The translations under genes were made by a program, and so were the position numbers. Below, piece after piece: positions 50,801 through 57,247 of a stretch of 57,247 nucleotides of DNA. Each line of letters opens with the position of its first letter. Position 1 is the first letter of the stretch. Under the pieces are notes generated by a model. It saw only the letters and a program-made list of their open reading frames with translations, ran no database searches and was not told where the DNA came from. Source of the stretch: Acidobacteriota bacterium (lineage in GTDB: Bacteria; Acidobacteriota; Thermoanaerobaculia; Multivoradales; UBA5704); assembly GCA_040005235.1 (NCBI GenBank), contig JBDTZG010000034.1:1-57247 (forward strand), read 5' to 3'.

Positions 50801-51030
50801 CCACCCTCTGCACGCTCGCCGGCATGCTGCCTTTGGCGGCGCTCGGCGGCCCAGGGGTCGAGCTGCGGCGGTCGCTGGCATTGGCCGTGATGGGCGGGAC
50901 GCTCACGTCGGTGTTCGCTTCTCTCCTTTTGGTGCCGGTGCTTTATCGGGCTCTCGCCGGGAGCCGGGCGGAGGCAAGCTCCGCCCCTACGGCTACGGCA
51001 GGAACGACATTCAAGGCGGAGCGTTCCTAG
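47872..51030 (+). CDS. RND efflux permease subunit (AcrB/HAE-like)
   Basis: LPVSLLP, GMLVDSSIVVLE (TM4), TTAVVFLP, LYESFRIPLVVMVTVP, GIVANNAIVLV and RYRPIVMTT. Confidence 0.92.
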   Translation: MIRRAVSRPISTLIGAFTLVVLGAVSLLRLPVSLLPALERPRLDVTVTVTGRSREEVLDRFTRPLERRLAAISGVTSVRTTTGDGFVRARVESEWQTDADRLRIETERRLADLDPTGEATLAVEMTAGDPEPIIEVAVLGGPSEGGGAARTDFAKKLLVPELARIEGAGRVETVGLTPRHAVIYPQAAALTARGLTAADLVARLRTVGIDAAAGRARSGASVRPLLVREEALSLDALRALRIPGPRGESVLGDVARIDLEEVQDGTFFRLARQDGALVRVFRAPEANAVALAAAVRARTAELSARAGSGLKLAVVDDRSREVLGALGELGLGALFGLLLGTAVLRLILGSWRPTLGLAVVVPASLLTAFVGFSLWGAALDVVSLAGLALAAGMLVDSSIVVLEAIETARSQGAPEPAIAGARQIALPVIASFCTTAVVFLPLIYLRGLARAFFGVQAFAIVTSLAASLLFSLTVTPVLAGNRRERRERKERGGLEENTAGRSVGRGRYLSLLDRVLARPSLVVVAALAVAALALLAFARLPRELVPEAVSADLVVRWRLAPDLTPEAARKLGVAVEELAARTVAVAEPGEKTPERTALQALQLLPPEPGEDRDETGRLFLTFPDVASAARERPRLAAALARLPDVETWIEPRPSAFVDAIQSAGRRLEVVATAADPARAEALAARAATALGATSKERRRAASSDRPQAAVLLSWDLARLAALGLDRAAVETQVRQSLGDQVAGRVHLEGVEPEILVRAVEPADPRLLPVSLPASAELGGSGGVVPLAALARLVPGARPSYLERQDGRPAARRAFESVHGDPEAALARLNQTTKRGAGEEISLAGQALELRRAFGQLRLALLLSFALVFLTVAALYESFRIPLVVMVTVPVALGGALGLLLLAGQSLNILSFLGLILLGGIVANNAIVLVHRIEENRRAVPMAPMALDAAAPAESPRDRITAAIRRAAAERYRPIVMTTLCTLAGMLPLAALGGPGVELRRSLALAVMGGTLTSVFASLLLVPVLYRALAGSRAEASSAPTATAGTTFKAERS

Positions 51031-54000
51031 ATGAGGGCGATCTCCCGCCTGGTGGCGACCTCCGGGCTGCTGCTCCTGGGTGCCGTCGCGTTCGAACGAC
51101 TGCCGCTCGACTATCTGCCGAAGCGGAGCTTTCCGGAGCTGACGGTCGCCTTGACGCTTCCCGAAGCGCGGGAGCCGGCGGTCGTCGCGCGCGATTGGGT
51201 GGAGGAGATCGAAGCCGCGATCCGCTCGCTGGGGCGCGTCCGCGGTACGGCGGGCGAGGTGCGCTCGGACGGCGCCGAGCTGCGCGTCCGTTTCGCCCCC
51301 GGCACCGATCCGGAGAGCAAGGCGGCGCGCCTGGGGTCCGAGCTGACGGCACTGCGCCGCCGGCTGCCGCGCGGCGCGGTTCTTTCGGTCGATCCGGCGT
51401 CTCAGGCGGAGGGGAATCTGCTGGCGCTCGTCTGGCTCTCGGGGGTGACCTCGGATGCCGCCGCCGAGGCGGCGGCCGAGGAGATGCGCGGCGTCCCCGG
51501 CGTGCGCTCGGTGGATGCCCTGGGGGTTCGCCGCGAAGAGCTGCGGGTGGAGCTGGCCGCCGGGACCCTCGATCCGGCTGGCGCCGCCGCGCGGGTGCGG
51601 TCGAAGCTCGACAGCGCGCTCCGGCAGAGCGAGCTGGGCCACGAAATCCAGGGCGACCGCCGGATGCCGGTGATCGTCGCCGCGACCGCTCCCGAGAGCC
51701 TCGGCCAGGTGCCGATACCGCTCCGCGAAAAGAACGGCTCTTTAGGGAGCGGACTCCTTCCCGTTGCCCCTCTGGCGACCGTGGCCACGGTCCGGTCCCG
51801 CTGGCCCGATCCGCTGTTCCGCGTCCGCTACCAGGGCAAGCCGGCGCGCGCGCTGTTCGTCTGGCGGGCCGAAGGCGCGCAGGTGCTCGCCGCCGACCGC
51901 GCCCTGCGGCAAAAGGTCGAACAGATGTCGAGCCGGCCGGGCGGCGTGAAGGGCACCGTCGACTGGAGCGAGGCGGAACCGCTGCGCATCCTTTTCGGGC
52001 ACCTGGGGCTGGGCCTGCTGATCGCGGCGCTCGCCGCCGCCGCCCTGGGCTGGCGCCTGGGCGGCCGGCTCGGAGGTCGTCTGGGAGCCATCACCTTCGG
52101 CCTGGCACTGCCGGCGGGTCTTGCCGCCGCGGCCAACGCTCTTTGGCTCGCGGGCGTTCCTCTCTATGTCACCACGCTGGTCGCCGCGGTGCTCGGCGCC
52201 ACCGCGGCGCTGCCCGCAGCGGCTTTGCGCCTCGGCCGGATCGACGGGCGGGGATTCTGGATTCTCGCGGCCACCACCGCGGCGACCGCCGCCGCGGTGC
52301 CCGTAGCGGTCGGACTGGCCGGCCAGGAGCTGGGGCCGCTGTTGGCCGAGCCCGCTCGCGCTTTTCTTCTCTCGACCGCGGCGGCGGTCCTCGCCGCGGC
52401 CCTCCTGCCGGCTTCTCGTCGATCCGGGTCCGGCGGCGCTGTCTCTCCCACCCGTTCCGGTCGCCTGGGTTCGGCGGCGAACGCCTGGTCGGCCGGCTTG
52501 GCCGGGCTTCAGCGCCGGGCACTGCGCGATCCCGGCACGTCGGTTTTGATGCTCTCGACCGCCTGCGGCCTGGCCGCGGCGCTGTTCGGGCCGGCGCTCG
52601 TGCCCCGGCCGGGCGACCTCTCTCCCGACGGCGGCACCTTCGACATCCGCTTGAACCTGCCCGACGGCGCCACCCTGGCGGAGACCGAGACCCAGGTGCG
52701 TGGGGTGGAAGAGCAGCTCGCCAAGACCGAGGAGGTCGAGCGCTTCTGGAGCAGCTCGCGCGCCGGCCGCGGGCTCGTGAGGGTGGAGGTACGTCCACAA
52801 GATCGGCGCCCCGACCGCCTCGCCTGGCTCGCCACGAACATCCGCTACCGGATTCCGGGAGCGGCTGCGGCGCGGATCGAAACCGGCGCGGGGGCTGCCG
52901 GGGGCGGCGCTTTCGCCGTCGATCTCGAAGACCACGCGAAGGCCGACGAGGAGGGGCTGTTCTATCGCATGGTCCTCTCCGGCGGCGACCTCGATCTGTT
53001 GACCACCGCCTACCGGCGCATCCTCTACCGCCTGGCCGAGTTCCAGATACGGCCGCGCTCGATCACCGGCTGGGAAGATCCGTCCGTGCTGCTCACCCTG
53101 CGGCCCAGGCCCGGGGCGGTGGGACGAGACGTCTCCGAGATCGCGACCGCTTTTGCCCAAACGAGCGGCGGCCCGGTGCCGCTGCCGCTCCCTCCCGGAC
53201 CGGGAGGCGTCTCCCGCTCGCTGGTGGTGGTGCCGGCCGGAGCGCCGGCCGACCCCGATCGCGCCGTGCCGCTGGTGGCGAATCTGATGGAGCGCCCGCT
53301 TCGCCTGGGGGATCGGACGCTCGTGCCGGCCGCAACGCTCGCGCTCTCCCAGGATTCGGTCATCCCCAGGGTGAGCCGGCAGTCCGGCCGCTTCGTGGTG
53401 CCGATCGAGTTTCGCCTGCATCAAAGCGCCGAAGAGGTGCGGGTCGACCGGCGGAAGGAGATCGACCGGGGCCTAGCCCATCTTCGGCTGCCGGCCGGAG
53501 TCGATCTCGAACGGCCAGCCCTCTCCCTCCTCTTCTGGCAGCCGGATCGCCTGCGACTGATCGGCCTGGCGCTCGCCGTGCCGCTGCTCCTATTTGCCGT
53601 CGCCGCCTGGCGCCTGGGGGGGCTGCTCTCCGCGCTTGTGGCCTTGGTGCCCCTCGCGGCGGGACTGTTCGCCGCGACGCCGCTCGTTGCCGCTTCTCTC
53701 GGTCAGGTCGACGAGCTGACGGTTCTAGCGCTGGTCGCGAGCCTTTGCCTCACCCTGCCGCTGTCCGCCGAGGTGGCGGAATCGGCCGAAGCCGGCCGCG
53801 TGAGCCGCGGCCCTGAGGCGGCCGGACCGGCCGGCGCGGGGCAATACCGCGGCCTGCGCCGAGAGACTCCGTGGCTCGCGGCCTCTTTGATCCCCACCTC
53901 TCTGGCGCTCGCCCTGCCCACGATCGGCGCCGATTTCATCCGTTGCCGATGGGTGGTACCGCTGCGCGCCGCCGCCCTGTGCGGCGCGGTGGCCTTGGGC

Positions 54001-55050
54001 GTAACCCTGCTCGTCGTCCCGCCCCTACGCCTGGCCGTCGCCCGTTGGCAGGCCCGCGATCCGGAAGCGATCCGCCGCCGCCGGCAGCCGCCCGAGTGGA
54101 GTGCCGAAGGTGCCGTCGGTCTGCCGACGCTCGCCGTGCGCAGCCTGACCAAGAAGTACGCTTCGGGGCACAAGGCTCTCTCCGGCGTGAGCTTCGAGCT
54201 GACTCCGGGAATCACCGGCCTGCTCGGGCCGAACGGCGCGGGGAAGACCACCCTGCTCCGCCTGCTGACCGGCCTGCTCTCGCCCAGCCGCGGCTCGGTC
54301 TCGTTTCGCGGCGTGCCGGTGACCGCTGACGATCTCGCCGAGTACCGGCTGCGGATCGGCTTCCTGCCGCAGGAGTTCAACGCCTATCCCGATTTCACCG
54401 CCGAGCAGTTTCTCGACCATTGGGCGATGGAACGCGGCCTCGACAACTCCTCCGAGCGGGCGGCCGAGATCGGCAAGCTCCTCGCCGCCGTGGGGTTGGC
54501 CGAGCATGCGGGGCGCAAGGTGCGCGATTTCTCCGGCGGCATGCGGCAAAGGGTGGGGATCGCCCGCTGCCTCCTCGGCGCGCCGCCGATCCTGATCGTC
54601 GACGAGCCCACGACCGGGCTCGACATCGAATCCCGCGGCAGGTTCCGCCAAATCCTGCTCGAACAGGCGGCGGACCGTATTGTTCTCTTCTCGACCCACA
54701 TCGCGAGCGACATCGAAGCCGCCGCTTCGCGCATCCTCCTGATCCACCGCGGCCGGCTGCGCTTCGACGGCCGGCCCGAAGATCTCCTCGCACAAGCCCA
54801 GGGCCGGGTCTTCACCGCCCTGGTCTCCGACGCCGAATTGGCCGCTTTCAGTCACCGCTACAGAGTCACCGCTCGCCTGCGCCGCCTGGAAGGCCTGGAA
54901 GTCCGAGCCGTCGCCCGGCCGGGAGACGGAATCGAAGGCGACCTCACCGAGCCGAACCTCGAAGAGGCCTACCTCGCCGAGATCGAGCGTGTGGATGCCG
55001 CGGAAGGGCGCGAGCGGCGGGCGGAGAGTTTTTCGTTCCTGGGGGGGTGA
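51031..55050 (+). CDS. Degenerate RND permease fused to a C-terminal ABC ATPase domain
   Basis: RND-like N-terminus (LPLDYLPKRSFPELTV, LNLPDGATLAET). One open frame continues into an NBD from about 54121 with GPNGAGKTT, FSGGMRQR, ILIVDEPTTGLD and STH. Confidence 0.85.
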   Translation: MRAISRLVATSGLLLLGAVAFERLPLDYLPKRSFPELTVALTLPEAREPAVVARDWVEEIEAAIRSLGRVRGTAGEVRSDGAELRVRFAPGTDPESKAARLGSELTALRRRLPRGAVLSVDPASQAEGNLLALVWLSGVTSDAAAEAAAEEMRGVPGVRSVDALGVRREELRVELAAGTLDPAGAAARVRSKLDSALRQSELGHEIQGDRRMPVIVAATAPESLGQVPIPLREKNGSLGSGLLPVAPLATVATVRSRWPDPLFRVRYQGKPARALFVWRAEGAQVLAADRALRQKVEQMSSRPGGVKGTVDWSEAEPLRILFGHLGLGLLIAALAAAALGWRLGGRLGGRLGAITFGLALPAGLAAAANALWLAGVPLYVTTLVAAVLGATAALPAAALRLGRIDGRGFWILAATTAATAAAVPVAVGLAGQELGPLLAEPARAFLLSTAAAVLAAALLPASRRSGSGGAVSPTRSGRLGSAANAWSAGLAGLQRRALRDPGTSVLMLSTACGLAAALFGPALVPRPGDLSPDGGTFDIRLNLPDGATLAETETQVRGVEEQLAKTEEVERFWSSSRAGRGLVRVEVRPQDRRPDRLAWLATNIRYRIPGAAAARIETGAGAAGGGAFAVDLEDHAKADEEGLFYRMVLSGGDLDLLTTAYRRILYRLAEFQIRPRSITGWEDPSVLLTLRPRPGAVGRDVSEIATAFAQTSGGPVPLPLPPGPGGVSRSLVVVPAGAPADPDRAVPLVANLMERPLRLGDRTLVPAATLALSQDSVIPRVSRQSGRFVVPIEFRLHQSAEEVRVDRRKEIDRGLAHLRLPAGVDLERPALSLLFWQPDRLRLIGLALAVPLLLFAVAAWRLGGLLSALVALVPLAAGLFAATPLVAASLGQVDELTVLALVASLCLTLPLSAEVAESAEAGRVSRGPEAAGPAGAGQYRGLRRETPWLAASLIPTSLALALPTIGADFIRCRWVVPLRAAALCGAVALGVTLLVVPPLRLAVARWQARDPEAIRRRRQPPEWSAEGAVGLPTLAVRSLTKKYASGHKALSGVSFELTPGITGLLGPNGAGKTTLLRLLTGLLSPSRGSVSFRGVPVTADDLAEYRLRIGFLPQEFNAYPDFTAEQFLDHWAMERGLDNSSERAAEIGKLLAAVGLAEHAGRKVRDFSGGMRQRVGIARCLLGAPPILIVDEPTTGLDIESRGRFRQILLEQAADRIVLFSTHIASDIEAAASRILLIHRGRLRFDGRPEDLLAQAQGRVFTALVSDAELAAFSHRYRVTARLRRLEGLEVRAVARPGDGIEGDLTEPNLEEAYLAEIERVDAAEGRERRAESFSFLGG

Positions 55051-55104
55051 CGGACCCGGCCCCCGCCCTGGTACGATCCGCGTCCCTGTCGGAGGTGTTT
55101 CACC

Positions 55105-56445
55105 ATGGCGATGTTTGATGGTCTGCAAAACAAGCTGCAAGAGGTCTTCCGCAACCTGCGGGGCGAGGGAAAGATCTCTGAGGAGGTGCTCTCGGGCGCG
55201 CTCCGCCAGATCCGGCTCGCGCTGCTCGAAGCGGATGTCCATATCCGCGTGGTCAAGCCGTTCGTCGAGCGAATCAAAGAGCGGGCGCTCGGCGCGGAGG
55301 TGATGGAGAGCCTCAGCCCTGCGCAACAAGTGGTGAAGATCGTCCGCGACGAACTGGCCGAGCTGCTGGGCGAGGAAGGCCAGGAGCTCCGGCTCACCAG
55401 CCGGCCGTCGATCGTCCTGCTCTGCGGCCTCCAAGGCTCCGGCAAGACGACCACCGCGGGCAAACTCGCGAAGCGTCTGGTGGGCAAGGGGCGCCACCCG
55501 ATCCTGGTCGCAGGCGACCTTCAACGCGCCGCGGCGGTCGAGCAGCTCCAACAGGTGGGCAAAATCGCCGGAGTGCCGGTGGTGACGCCCGAACCGGGGG
55601 AGGACGTGATCGGCGTCGCCGAGCGGGCGCTCAAAATCGCGCGCGACCGCGGCAACGACGTGGTGATCGTCGACACCGCCGGCCGTCTCCACGTCGACCA
55701 GGCTCTGATGGCCGAGATCGCCCAGCTCGCGGCGCGCTTGAAGCCGGACGAGGCGCTGTTCGTCGCCGACTCGATGACCGGCCAAGACGCGGTAAAAAGC
55801 GCCGAGCAGTTCGCCGCGGTGGTGCCGCTTACCGGAGCGATCCTCACCAAGCTCGACGGCGACTCCCGCGGTGGCGCGGCGCTGTCGATCCGCACGGTCG
55901 CCAAGGTCCCCATCCGGATGGTCGGAACGGGCGAAAAAGTCGACGACCTGGAGCTGTTCCACCCCGAGCGGATGGCCTCCCGGATGATCGGCATGGGCGA
56001 CGTCCTGTCGCTGATCGAAAAAGCCGAGAAGGGAATCGACGTCGAAGAGGCCAAGCGCCTCGCCGAGCGCGCGGTCTCCCAGGAGTTCTCGCTCGAAGAC
56101 CTGCGCGACCAGCTGCGCCAGATGAGAAAGCTCGGTCCGCTCGCCTCGGTCCTGGAGATGCTGCCCAAAGTGGGACCGCTCAAGGACCTCGACGCCTCGA
56201 AGGTCGACGAAGGCGGGCTGGTCCGCATTGAGGCGATGATCAACTCGATGACCCCCCAGGAGCGCCGCCGGCCGGACGTGATCAACGGCAGCCGCAAGAT
56301 CCGCATCGCCAAAGGCTCCGGCACCTCGGTCCAGGAAATCAACCGCCTGCTCAAGCAGCACAAGATGATGAAAAAGATGATGAAGGGCGTCCAAGGCAAA
56401 TTCATGCGCCGGGCGATGGGGATGAAGGGGAAGATGCGGGGGTAG
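55105..56445 (+). CDS. ffh: Signal recognition particle protein
   Basis: ALLEADV, GLQGSGKTTT, DTAGR, TKLDGDSRGGAA, RMIGMGD and SRKIRIAKGSG. Confidence 0.97.
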   Translation: MAMFDGLQNKLQEVFRNLRGEGKISEEVLSGALRQIRLALLEADVHIRVVKPFVERIKERALGAEVMESLSPAQQVVKIVRDELAELLGEEGQELRLTSRPSIVLLCGLQGSGKTTTAGKLAKRLVGKGRHPILVAGDLQRAAAVEQLQQVGKIAGVPVVTPEPGEDVIGVAERALKIARDRGNDVVIVDTAGRLHVDQALMAEIAQLAARLKPDEALFVADSMTGQDAVKSAEQFAAVVPLTGAILTKLDGDSRGGAALSIRTVAKVPIRMVGTGEKVDDLELFHPERMASRMIGMGDVLSLIEKAEKGIDVEEAKRLAERAVSQEFSLEDLRDQLRQMRKLGPLASVLEMLPKVGPLKDLDASKVDEGGLVRIEAMINSMTPQERRRPDVINGSRKIRIAKGSGTSVQEINRLLKQHKMMKKMMKGVQGKFMRRAMGMKGKMRG

Positions 56446-56523
56446 GCCGGGGCTCCGTTTCAAAGGGTATGTTCAAGAACTGGCTGCTACGATGTGTACG
56501 GACAAATCTCCAAGGAGGAACGC

Positions 56524-57114
56524 ATGCCGCGAATCGCTTGGGTAGAGGACCAGGATGCCACGGGACAGTTGGCCGCCTGCTTCGACGGGCTCAAAGGGAT
56601 GAACCCCTTTGGCGACGGCAAGGTGCCCGAGGTGTTTCGGGCGATGAGCCAGCGCCCGGATTTTCTGGCCGGAGTGATGGGCCTCCTGCCGGTACATTTC
56701 GCGGACGGTCATCTGACCCGTGCCCAGCACGAGATGATCGCCTCGTACGTTTCGGTCCTCAACCGCTGCCACTTCTGACTGAGCGCCCACGCACACTTCC
56801 TGCGGTCGCAGGGAGCCGAGTTCGAAGCGGTGGCGGTGGCGTTGCGCGACGGCAAGCTCGACAATCTGCCGGTTTCTGAGGCCGAGCTTAAACTCCTCGA
56901 ATTCATCAAGGTCCTCACCAACCACGCTTTCCTCATCGACGACTCGATCGTGGCCGGCCTCCGCGAGGTGGGCTGGACCGATCCCCAAATCGCCGAAGCG
57001 GTCTACATCGGTTCGTTCTTCAACATGATGGTCCGAATCGCCGACGCCTTCCACGCCGAGCCACCACCGGTGACGGATGTCGAGGGCGTACCCGCGGCGG
57101 TGGGAGCCGGGTAG
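56524..57114 (+). CDS. AhpD/carboxymuconolactone-decarboxylase-like probable selenoprotein (CxxU)
   Basis: AAGGAGG RBS. EMIASYVSVLNRCHF-TGA(56776-56778)-LSAH continues in frame to LREVGWTDPQIAEAV...FNMMVRIADA. SECIS-like hairpin downstream. Confidence 0.85.
56796..56815 (+). promoter_or_regulatory. Putative bacterial SECIS element
   Basis: CTTCCTGC-GGTC-GCAGGGAG forms an 8-bp stem (one G-U) with a GGUC loop starting 25 nt after the UGA. Confidence 0.75.
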
Positions 57115-57247
57115 GCTGGCCGCAATCTGGAACACACCTGGATTCCTCGAACCATTCCGGAATCCGTGCCTCCGCGCCCTTGTAGCTGGCGTGCCCCGCC
57201 GCGGCTCTATGATGTCCTCTTCCGACAACCGGGTGGCCGAGAAGGGG

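Noticed and set aside
50010-53816. 1268-aa plus-strand alternative-frame ORF
   Set aside because: Arg/Gly/Ala/Pro-rich off-frame read of the two RND genes, typical of stop-poor GC-rich sequence.
54025-56463. 812-aa minus-strand ORF
   Set aside because: Antisense shadow of ffh and the fused ABC domain.
56494-57114. Two separate small genes or a nonsense pseudogene
   Set aside because: Both parts share one frame, the single TGA falls at a catalytic Cys position, and a SECIS-like hairpin follows. Selenocysteine recoding explains this better.

Overview
A GC-rich bacterial chromosomal window; gene content and style suggest Acidobacteriota, possibly Thermoanaerobaculia (inference only). Housekeeping genes are asnS, fabI, purH, alaS, pyk, ffh, two tandem gap paralogues and ada. 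Accessory modules are three PIN-type toxin-antitoxin pairs, a protealysin/emfourin/GNAT unit, an SPFH-pair operon, two TlpA thioredoxins, an AT-richer DUF5131 + TcmP islet with an Rpn C-terminal-like ORF, and an ECF sigma + Ser/Thr-kinase-TPR pair followed by a secreted protein and an orphan Cys-rich RiPP-like precursor. There are also several deletion-riddled pseudogenes and two tandem-repeat arrays (21 bp and 20 bp). The strongest candidate for an undescribed system is the translationally coupled six-gene operon at 42257-55050. It encodes a free ABC ATPase, an ABC permease fused to an apparently dead M1-peptidase-like domain, a second permease-like protein, an MFP, a canonical RND subunit, and a degenerate RND subunit fused in frame to a second intact ABC ATPase, i.e. 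a possible hybrid ABC-RND export machine. An AhpD/CMD-like gene at 56524-57114 has an in-frame UGA in a CxxU motif followed by a SECIS-like hairpin, so it is a probable selenoprotein split in two by the ORF track. No rRNA, tRNA, CRISPR array, integrase or transposase was recognised. All family calls come from motif recognition by eye; no searches were run.
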